Of a stretch of DNA of 12,743 bases, positions 6,607 through 12,743 are shown piece after piece. The notes under the pieces are model-generated. The model made no database searches and was not told where the DNA came from. It saw only the letters and a list, made by a program, of their open reading frames with translations. Position 1 is the stretch's first letter. Every line of letters starts with the position of its first letter. The translations under genes were made by a program, and so were the position numbers. This stretch comes from a candidate division FCPU426 bacterium. GTDB taxonomy: Bacteria; Oederibacteriota; JAAXVQ01; JAUVAV01. The stretch covers positions 1 through 12,743 of the forward strand of contig DAOWGI010000103.1 in NCBI GenBank assembly GCA_030637655.1, read 5' to 3'.

Positions 6607-8552
6607 TGAGATTAAAAGCGTTGGGAAATAAAATCCGGCTGGGAATAATGCTTCTGGGGGTTTTGTCAGCCGCAGTTGTTGAAGCGGATAGCACATCAGG
6701 CGCGCGGTTTCTTAATGTGGTGATGCCGGCAGAGTCTGCGGCCACAGGAGCGGGTACGGCGGACCAAAGCAGCAGCGCTGCTTTAACCTGGAATCCGGCA
6801 GCCATCCCCGGACAGGGTGGTCCGGGGATGGCTTTTACGCATCTTGCTTCTTTTGCCGGTACTGCGTATGAACAATTGGAGGCAGTGTTTCCTCAGACTC
6901 CTTTAGGTAGTCTGGCAGCACGCGTGTTTTATGTGAGCACCTATGATGTGATGGAAGTGGATGAGCAAGGACACTCTGTCGGCCTGGTTGATAATCATGA
7001 TTTGCTATTGCAGGCAGTCTATGCCCGGAATTATTTTATTCCAGGGTTACGCGTGGGCACAGGGCTCAAATTTTTCGAGAGCCGGTTGGCGGAATACAGC
7101 AGCATAGGTGCGGCGCTGGACTTGGGCGCACAATACAAACTTATCGGAACACCGGTGATCACCGGTCTGGCTGTACAGAATTTGGGAATTATGAGCGCGT
7201 ATGCCCGGCAAGCAGATACCTTGCCCATACGTCTGGCAGCAGGAGCCGGCGTGGAGTTGGAGCTCTGGTCAGGACACACCTTGAAATTGATGGCTGATGT
7301 CTTGCAGTTTTTTACCGGTGAGGCATTGACTCAACCCGCACTCGGTTTTGAATATGCTGTGCAAAAAAAGTTCTTGGTACGCTGCGGCTATCAGCTGGTA
7401 TCTGAAAGTATGGGCGCTTTTACTGCCGGTGCCGGCGTGCGGCTTTTCGGCTTTGGACTGGATTACGCATTTCAACCCTTTTCTGTATTGGGGAACAATC
7501 ATCGCTTTACTCTGGGCTATGCCTTGGCATATATCCGTGAGAGAAAAATAGTCAAAGCGGTATTTAAACCAACACCAAAACCCACAGCTGGATTTAAGCC
7601 CAGAGCACGTGAATTGACTGCAGCGTCGCGGCAGTTTGAGAGCAAGGTTTCCTTTACGCCACCGGCCATGGATCATACTGCCAAAGAATGGGTCTTTGAA
7701 ATACGTGATCAAACGGGTCAGGTTGTCAAACGCTTTACCTACGCCGGGACCGCGCCGCGTGATTTGCACTGGGACGGATATAATGATGCCGGGCAACGGG
7801 TTTTGCGTGCCGGTCAATATCAATATGTGTTAAAAGGGGATGCTAAGACATTGCTGACATGGTCATTGCCGGCGGCGGCAGTGGCAGTAAAATTGAGTTT
7901 TTCCGGCAGAGAGATATTGGCACCGGAGGTTGCCTTTGTATTTGCCGGACAGACCGAGGTGAAAACCTGGCAAATGATCATCAGCGAACAAGGTGCTGAG
8001 AAAACAATCCGGACAATACAGGGAACAAATGTGTTGCCGGCCAAACTAGTCTGGGATGGGAAAGATGAGCAAGGAGAATTTGTGGATTTCAATAAAGCGT
8101 ATCAATATACTCTGCAGCTCACGTATGCCAATGGTATGCAGGTCACTCGCGTAGAGAAAATCCAGAGTGTAATGGCAGAATCGATTTACGCAGCAGATGG
8201 TACCAAGAGTTTGCTGATTTCAGATGTACTATTTGAATTTAATAGTACAGTATTAAAGCTGGAAATGATGAATAAAATATTAGCAGTCGCCGCCATCTTG
8301 CGCCGGTACTCTGAGCAGGTGCGGGTTATTTGCGAGGGACACAGTGATGAGATTGGGGATGAAAGCATCAATCTCAAACTTTCCGAGGAACGGGCCCAGG
8401 CAGTTGCCGACCTGGTGGCCAAGCAAGCCGGGGTCTCTGCAGAATGCATCTCAGCTATTGGTTTTGGCAAAGCCAAGCCCAAAGATCTGACTGGCACAGA
8501 GACCGGCTGGGCACTCAACCGACGGGTGGAAATCCGGATAATCCTGCCTTAA
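6606..8552 (+). CDS. PorV/PorQ-like (UPF0164) outer-membrane barrel fused to two FlgD-Ig-like domains and a C-terminal OmpA-like peptidoglycan-binding domain
   Basis: TGATG stop/start overlap with the upstream gene. GARFL...ALTWNPAAI and GLDYAF...LGNNHRFTLGY (PorV-like), WDGYNDAG and WDGKDEQG (FlgD-like), EGHSDEIG...NLKLSEERAQAV...GFG..KP...NRRVEI (OmpA). Confidence 0.85.
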   Translation: MRLKALGNKIRLGIMLLGVLSAAVVEADSTSGARFLNVVMPAESAATGAGTADQSSSAALTWNPAAIPGQGGPGMAFTHLASFAGTAYEQLEAVFPQTPLGSLAARVFYVSTYDVMEVDEQGHSVGLVDNHDLLLQAVYARNYFIPGLRVGTGLKFFESRLAEYSSIGAALDLGAQYKLIGTPVITGLAVQNLGIMSAYARQADTLPIRLAAGAGVELELWSGHTLKLMADVLQFFTGEALTQPALGFEYAVQKKFLVRCGYQLVSESMGAFTAGAGVRLFGFGLDYAFQPFSVLGNNHRFTLGYALAYIRERKIVKAVFKPTPKPTAGFKPRARELTAASRQFESKVSFTPPAMDHTAKEWVFEIRDQTGQVVKRFTYAGTAPRDLHWDGYNDAGQRVLRAGQYQYVLKGDAKTLLTWSLPAAAVAVKLSFSGREILAPEVAFVFAGQTEVKTWQMIISEQGAEKTIRTIQGTNVLPAKLVWDGKDEQGEFVDFNKAYQYTLQLTYANGMQVTRVEKIQSVMAESIYAADGTKSLLISDVLFEFNSTVLKLEMMNKILAVAAILRRYSEQVRVICEGHSDEIGDESINLKLSEERAQAVADLVAKQAGVSAECISAIGFGKAKPKDLTGTETGWALNRRVEIRIILP

Positions 8553-8627
8553 CTACCATAGGCATTCTTAATTGCCTGTAATAAACCAAATTTAGTGCGG
8601 TTATTAAACCAGCCTGATTTAAAAAAT

Positions 8628-8817
8628 TATTCACCGCATACCCAAAAGACGGGCACAAGGAGACGCAGAGTACGCAAAGAAAGATGGGATAAAAACTGTA
8701 GAGACGCGATTAATCGCGTCTCTACATAGAACAATTCATGCGTCTCTGCGGTGAATATACCCTTTTAGTTCCGGTTTATCCGGATTAGTTTTTTTTCGCT
8801 TCACTGACCCTGTTACC
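8628..8817 (+). mobile_element. Composite repeat: inverted TATTCACCGCA/GAGACGCA arms enclosing a REP, followed by the conserved right end of the MITE-like element
   Basis: TATTCACCGCA (8628-8638) pairs with TGCGGTGAATA (8747-8757). 8763-8817 matches 9870-9922 with about four substitutions and one indel, ending ACTGACCCTGTTACC. Confidence 0.7.
8697..8726. repeat. Perfect 30-bp GTAG-tagged palindrome (REP-like)
   Basis: TGTAGAGACGCGATT/AATCGCGTCTCTACA. Confidence 0.9.
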
Positions 8818-8846
8818 ATTGGGGTACCATTGGGGTACCATTGGGG
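8814..8846 (+). repeat. Perfect tandem repeat, 3 x TACCATTGGGG
   Basis: Units at 8814-8824, 8825-8835 and 8836-8846. Confidence 0.95.
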
Positions 8847-8924
8847 TGCGAATAGACTTTTTTAAATAAGGGTAGGATGTTAGAATGGATTAATTATATA
8901 ATTTACGGGCGAAGGAATGTGTTT

Positions 8925-9440
8925 ATGTTTTTGAACGCTGTGGGAAGCAGTTTGGCATTTTCAACAACGCAGGTTTGGGAGGGATTGATTTGCACCTGCG
9001 GTTATTTGGCCCTGGTGGCGGGCGCTTTTCTGGAAGGTGAGACGGTTGTAGTGCTGGGTGGATTCGCGGCGCAGCGCGGGTATTTGTTATTAGGTGGTGT
9101 TATGCTGGCTGTGTTTCTCGGCGCTATTACGGGAGACTGGCTTTTTTTTTATTTGGGTCGGGCACAACGGCATTTTATTTTGGAAAAGAATCCAGCTTGG
9201 AAAAAACGGGTGGATCATATTAATGATTTATTAGTGCGGCACCGTGATAGGTTGATTATTGCCCGCCGCTTTTTTTATGGTCTGCGGAATCTGACCGCGT
9301 TTGTTATTGGTATGAGTCCGGTTCCGATCCGAAAATTTCTTTTTTTGAATATTGTTAGTGTTATGATTTGGGCAGTAGGCTACGGTGTCTTGGGATATTT
9401 CTTTGGCAACACGCTGGAGCGCTTCTTTGCTGATCTCTAA
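8925..9440 (+). CDS. DedA/SNARE-associated (YohD-like) membrane protein, apparently short at the C-terminus
   Basis: Probable ATG 8925 with AAGGA upstream (track start is 8877). Motifs GAFLEGETVVVLGGFAA, GAITGDWLFFYLGR, RFFYGLR and FLFLN...IWA...LGYFFG. Confidence 0.85.
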   Translation: MFLNAVGSSLAFSTTQVWEGLICTCGYLALVAGAFLEGETVVVLGGFAAQRGYLLLGGVMLAVFLGAITGDWLFFYLGRAQRHFILEKNPAWKKRVDHINDLLVRHRDRLIIARRFFYGLRNLTAFVIGMSPVPIRKFLFLNIVSVMIWAVGYGVLGYFFGNTLERFFADL

Positions 9441-9444
9441 AAAG

Positions 9445-9476
9445 ACGTAGGGGCAACCGGCTGGTCGCCCCTACGT
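9445..9476. repeat. GTAG-family REP hairpin
   Basis: ACGTAGGGGCAACC-GGCT-GGTCGCCCCTACGT. Confidence 0.85.
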
Positions 9477-9489
9477 ACGTCCGTGCAAA

Positions 9490-9519
9490 GATCCCCGATT
9501 AAAGTGTTCGGGGATGACA
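9490..9519 (-). repeat. (T/C)GTC-tagged palindromic repeat
   Basis: ATCCCCGA (9491-9498) and TCGGGGAT (9508-9515) followed by GACA. The minus strand reads TGTCATCCCCGA...TCGGGGATC. Confidence 0.6.
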
Positions 9520-9565
9520 AACAAAAAAACATGACTGACAGGTTGCTCATTTTTGCTTAAAAATG

Positions 9566-9594
9566 TTGACTATTTTGAACTAATTAGGTAAGCT
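9566..9594 (+). promoter_or_regulatory. sigma70-type promoter
   Basis: TTGACT (9566-9571), 17-nt spacer, TAAGCT (9589-9594). Confidence 0.5.
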
Positions 9595-9624
9595 TTGGAA
9601 CATAATTTATGGATTTGTACTTTT

Positions 9625-9664
9625 CCCCCTCTGCGCTGATTTCAACGTGGCGGGGGTTTATTTT
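9625..9664 (+). terminator. Imperfect terminator-like hairpin
   Basis: CCCCC...GGGGG stem (9625-9656) with two mismatches and G-U pairs, followed by TTTATTTT. Confidence 0.35.
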
Positions 9665-9743
9665 GTGAGCGGCCCACGGGTCGCGCCTGCTATTTCGATA
9701 ATATTTTAACTTGCATAATTTTGCGCCGGCTTGCTGTGCAAAG

Positions 9744-9922
9744 GTAATATGTCAGTAAACTAATGGAAAGAAAATTAATCGCCGATGAACGCCGATAAAT
9801 GCAGATTAAAAAAGCTTTTATCTCTTAAGCTATAAATATCTGCGTCTATTTGCGTTCATCGGCGGCTAATTTTGGTTCCGGTTTATCCGGATTAGGTTTT
9901 TTCCGCTTCACTGACATGTTAT
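9744..9922 (+). mobile_element. Complete non-autonomous MITE-like element (~179 bp) with flanking direct repeat
   Basis: Termini GTAATATGTCAGT and ACTGACATGTTAT (11/13 complementary). Direct repeat TGTGCAAAG at 9735-9743 and 9922-9930. Internal inverted 10-nt-period arms at 9771-9806 and 9838-9873. Confidence 0.8.
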
Positions 9923-9963
9923 GTGCAAAGATTCATTATGCTTTATTTGAAAGGGGTTTTCTG

Positions 9964-12099
9964 ATGGCAATTGTTCCTAAAATCGTTCCCTGCGGAGCGC
10001 ATTATTATCGTCCTCCTTCGCCGAAGCCTTCAGAGTGGGAAAAAGATTTACGCAAGATGAAATCATTGGGCTTCAATATGGTCGAGTACTGGGTCATGTG
10101 GCGCTGGCAGAATCCGGATGAGGGTGTTTATCAATACCAAGAAATAGACAAACTCATGGATTTGGCGGCTGAGATTGGTCTGAAAGTAAATCTTTCCATT
10201 AAATACGATAGTGTTCCGGTTTGGGTGATTCAAAAATATCCGGAAGCAACGATTACTACCATTTGGGGAAGGAAATTAGGGCCCCAAGATACTCCGGCCC
10301 GGCAGATCGGCGGTCTGGGATGTGCCTGCATCAATCATGATCCCAGTGCTAAAATTAAAGAAGACTTTATTCGCGAGACCGTCAGGCGCTACCAGGATCA
10401 TCCGGCCCTGGCCATTTGGAATTCCTGGGGTGAACCGGACATGGGTCACTCTTTGTACCGCGTGGTGGGTAAGAGTGATTCCAATATTGATTTTATGACC
10501 TGTTACTGTGAATCCTGCCAAGCAAAATTTATTCCCTGGCTTGAGAAAAAATATAAAAATATTGCAGCGCTTAATGAAGGCTGGTCAAAAAACTACCGCA
10601 ACTGGAACGATGTAGAAGTGCCGGTGGCTCGGGATACGTTTGTGCCCATGACAGATTGGAGAAATTTCCACATTGAGCGCGTGACTGTTGTGAATAAGGA
10701 AATGATGGAAACAGTGCGTTCGGAGGACAAAACGCATCCGGTGATGGTGCATACACACTCCTTAAAATATTTTGACTTGATGTCTACGGGTGTGGATCTC
10801 TGGAAAATTGCCGAACCCGGTGACCTGCACGGCGCGACCTTGACAGATGATCCTTTTGCTTGCGATATGATGCGTTCCGCCGCCAAGGGCAAGCCGATAT
10901 GGAGTGTTGAAATTCATGCCGTGCCCGGCATGACCATGGTCTTTCCCTATGCTCCGCAGGAACGGGATATAAAATTCTTCACCTTTGTGCCCTTGGCAGC
11001 CGGCTTTACCGGTTTCCAATACTGGCAGTATCGTCCGGAACTTCTGGGCCGCGAAGCGCCGGCTTGGGGTTTGACCAAACCGGATGGCTCGGAAACGCCT
11101 TGGTTGCGGGAAGCAGTGAAGAATTTTAAAGTGCTGACGGACAACCGGGAACGGGTCTTGAATTTCAAACGACAACCCACAGAGACCGCTTTATTGTGGT
11201 CGCCGGATTGCCAACTTTTTTCCTGGAATTCGTACGGTTCGGAGTATTTTTATCACGATTCTTTGCAAGGCATGCATTTAGCCTTGTATGAAAATTCGCA
11301 TGTGGTTGATTTTGTGCATCCCAAAGAAGTGGTTGCGGGTATCTTGAAAAATTACCGGATACTGCTGCTGGCCATGCCCATGTATTTGGAACCGGAAATT
11401 TTGGATATTATTAAACAGTGGGTCAAGGACGGCGGGACCCTGATTGCTGAGACTCACTTTGGCGCCGTGGATCCCAAAGACGGACGTTGGCAGATGAAGA
11501 TACCGGGTTTTGGTTTTGCTGAAGTGTTTGGCTGTCAGCAGGACCTAATCCGGGCCTGTCGTGATTGGAGCAATGAACGGGCGGATATTACAGTGAAAAA
11601 AGATATGCTGTATATTTCCGTTGGCCAACAAGTGCGCGGTATGATTTGTGAAGAGACCTTGCTACCTGACACGGCAGAAGTCCTGGCTGAATTCGCGCAA
11701 GGCGGAGAAGCGGCCATTACGCGAAATCAGTATGGAAAAGGGCAGGCTATTTATATTGGCACTATTTTGGGCCATGATATTTGGAAAAACCGCGGTGAAA
11801 ATGAGATCAAACTGCTGCTCAGCTTGGTAGAAGAAGCTGCGACCAACAAGCTGCCCAAAGCGCGCGGCGGGCGTGTGCGGGTTGACTTGTTGACTGATGA
11901 TAAAGGCGGCTGGCTGATTGTGGGCAATCAGGATAAGAAAAATCCGGCTGAACCGCAAGTCTGGTTTCCGGGAGATAAGTTAACATCCGTTAAAGAAATA
12001 TTTTCCGGCGAGGAAATTGAGCTGGAACAGGAAAACGGCGGTTTTAGCGCCAAGGTATTGTTGAGTGAGGGTGAAATTAAGGTGTTTGATATAAAATGA
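9964..12099 (+). CDS. GH42-family (beta-galactosidase-like) glycoside hydrolase, cytoplasmic, specificity uncertain
   Basis: ATG 9964 with GAAAGGGG upstream (track start 9850 lies inside the repeat). GAHYY...WEKDL..MK..GFN, Zn-type CYCESC, acid/base WGEP (E157), nucleophile IWSVE (E316), QYWQYRPE, and a trimerisation domain (WVKDGGTLI, YGKGQAIYIG). No signal peptide. Confidence 0.88.
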   Translation: MAIVPKIVPCGAHYYRPPSPKPSEWEKDLRKMKSLGFNMVEYWVMWRWQNPDEGVYQYQEIDKLMDLAAEIGLKVNLSIKYDSVPVWVIQKYPEATITTIWGRKLGPQDTPARQIGGLGCACINHDPSAKIKEDFIRETVRRYQDHPALAIWNSWGEPDMGHSLYRVVGKSDSNIDFMTCYCESCQAKFIPWLEKKYKNIAALNEGWSKNYRNWNDVEVPVARDTFVPMTDWRNFHIERVTVVNKEMMETVRSEDKTHPVMVHTHSLKYFDLMSTGVDLWKIAEPGDLHGATLTDDPFACDMMRSAAKGKPIWSVEIHAVPGMTMVFPYAPQERDIKFFTFVPLAAGFTGFQYWQYRPELLGREAPAWGLTKPDGSETPWLREAVKNFKVLTDNRERVLNFKRQPTETALLWSPDCQLFSWNSYGSEYFYHDSLQGMHLALYENSHVVDFVHPKEVVAGILKNYRILLLAMPMYLEPEILDIIKQWVKDGGTLIAETHFGAVDPKDGRWQMKIPGFGFAEVFGCQQDLIRACRDWSNERADITVKKDMLYISVGQQVRGMICEETLLPDTAEVLAEFAQGGEAAITRNQYGKGQAIYIGTILGHDIWKNRGENEIKLLLSLVEEAATNKLPKARGGRVRVDLLTDDKGGWLIVGNQDKKNPAEPQVWFPGDKLTSVKEIFSGEEIELEQENGGFSAKVLLSEGEIKVFDIK

Positions 12100-12104
12100 T
12101 TTTC

Positions 12105-12183
12105 GTAGGGGCGAAACCATGTTTTCGCCCCTGATTATATTGCCGCCCGATTACAGAGGGCGATTACATGGAATCGCCCCTAC
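12105..12183. repeat. GTAG-family REP doublet (REPIN-like)
   Basis: GTAGGGGCGAAACCATGTTTTCGCCC ... GGGCGATTACATGGAATCGCCCCTAC, between the GH42 gene and pgmB. Confidence 0.85.
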
Positions 12184-12217
12184 AATTTAAAAAAGATTAA
12201 CAGAAAGGGCAAGTGAC

Positions 12218-12743
12218 ATGAAAAAAGCGGTTTTGTTTGATTTGGATGGAGTAATTGTAGATACGGCTTTGTATCATTATAAAGGCTGGAAAATGCTGGC
12301 TGACAAACTGGGCGTGCCTTTTGATGAGCAGGCCAATGAAAAACTGCGCGGTGTGCCTCGCCGTGAATCGCTTTTGATGCTGTTGGGCAACAAAAATCCC
12401 GGGGAAGATAAAATCAAAGCCTGGTGCGATCTAAAAAATGCTTTTTACCTGGAAAAAGTAAAAGGCATAAAACCCCAAGATGCTTTGCCGGGCGCAGCGC
12501 GTTTGCTGCAAGCATTGCGCAAAGCAGGGTACAAGATTGCTTTGGGTTCTTCTTCCAAAAATGCCAAATTGGTTTTGAAATTGCTAAAACTGACCAATGC
12601 GTTTGATACGATTGTGGACGGCACTCAGATCACCAAAGGCAAACCGGATCCGGAATTGTTCATCACAGGTGCGCAACGTTTGGGTGTGGCTCCGGAAAAT
12701 TGTCTGGTGGTGGAAGACGCGGAATCCGGTATTGAGGCCGGCA
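12218..12743 (+). CDS. pgmB: Beta-phosphoglucomutase (HAD family), 3' end outside the window
   Basis: Hand translation: MKKAVLFDLDGVIVDTALYHYKGWK...NEKLRGVPRRESL...GSSSKNA...KGKPDPELF...VVEDAESGIEA. GAAAGGG upstream. Missing from the ORF track because there is no stop codon in the window. Confidence 0.92.
   Translation, partial: MKKAVLFDLDGVIVDTALYHYKGWKMLADKLGVPFDEQANEKLRGVPRRESLLMLLGNKNPGEDKIKAWCDLKNAFYLEKVKGIKPQDALPGAARLLQALRKAGYKIALGSSSKNAKLVLKLLKLTNAFDTIVDGTQITKGKPDPELFITGAQRLGVAPENCLVVEDAESGIEAG

Noticed and set aside
9142-9150. T9 tract in dedA as a phase-variation site
   Set aside because: It encodes conserved L-F-F-Y, and A/T runs are common throughout this window.
9692-9727. AT-rich stretch resembling a dif/Xer site
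   Set aside because: No proper XerD arm (TTATGTTAAAT) at 6-bp spacing from a XerC arm on either strand.
100-9922. Dispersed ~27-nt repeats as a CRISPR array
   Set aside because: Copies are kilobases apart and in both orientations, with no regular spacers and no cas genes.
9850-9963. 38-aa N-terminal extension of the GH42 ORF
   Set aside because: It starts inside the MITE-like element (reads FGSGLSGLG), whereas ATG 9964 has a good ribosome-binding site.
193-11958. Remaining short minus-strand and alternate-frame ORFs
   Set aside because: They overlap well-supported genes and show no recognisable motifs.
12424-12606. 60-aa plus-strand ORF in the track
   Set aside because: Out-of-frame overlap within pgmB (12218 to window end).

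Overview
Bacterial chromosomal window with every supported gene on the + strand. In order: a YVTN/YncE-type beta-propeller lipoprotein, glycogen synthase glgA, an overlapping small-protein/nucleotidyltransferase pair, tRNA-Glu(TTC) with a perfect bidirectional terminator, a secreted 7-repeat propeller with a Thr-rich stalk and T9SS/FlgD-like C-terminal domain that is translationally coupled to a PorV-like barrel-2xFlgD-OmpA fusion, a C-terminally short DedA protein, an atypical GH42 glycoside hydrolase, and the 5' part of beta-phosphoglucomutase (absent from the ORF track). The intergenic DNA is the most unusual part. It holds a family of non-autonomous, nested elements with GTAA..TTAC-type termini, asymmetric conserved ends and, in the complete copy (9744-9922), a 9-bp flanking direct repeat. 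Different copies enclose different cargo: GTAG-type REP hairpins and several families of 8-10-nt tandem arrays in inverted pairs. One copy supplies the C-terminus and stop codon of glgA. No transposase, RAYT or integrase gene is in the window. All identities were counted by hand and no database searches were run. The PorV/CTD/Thr-stalk gene style suggests a diderm outside Bacteroidota (for example FCPU426/Elusimicrobia-related lineages), but that is only an impression.
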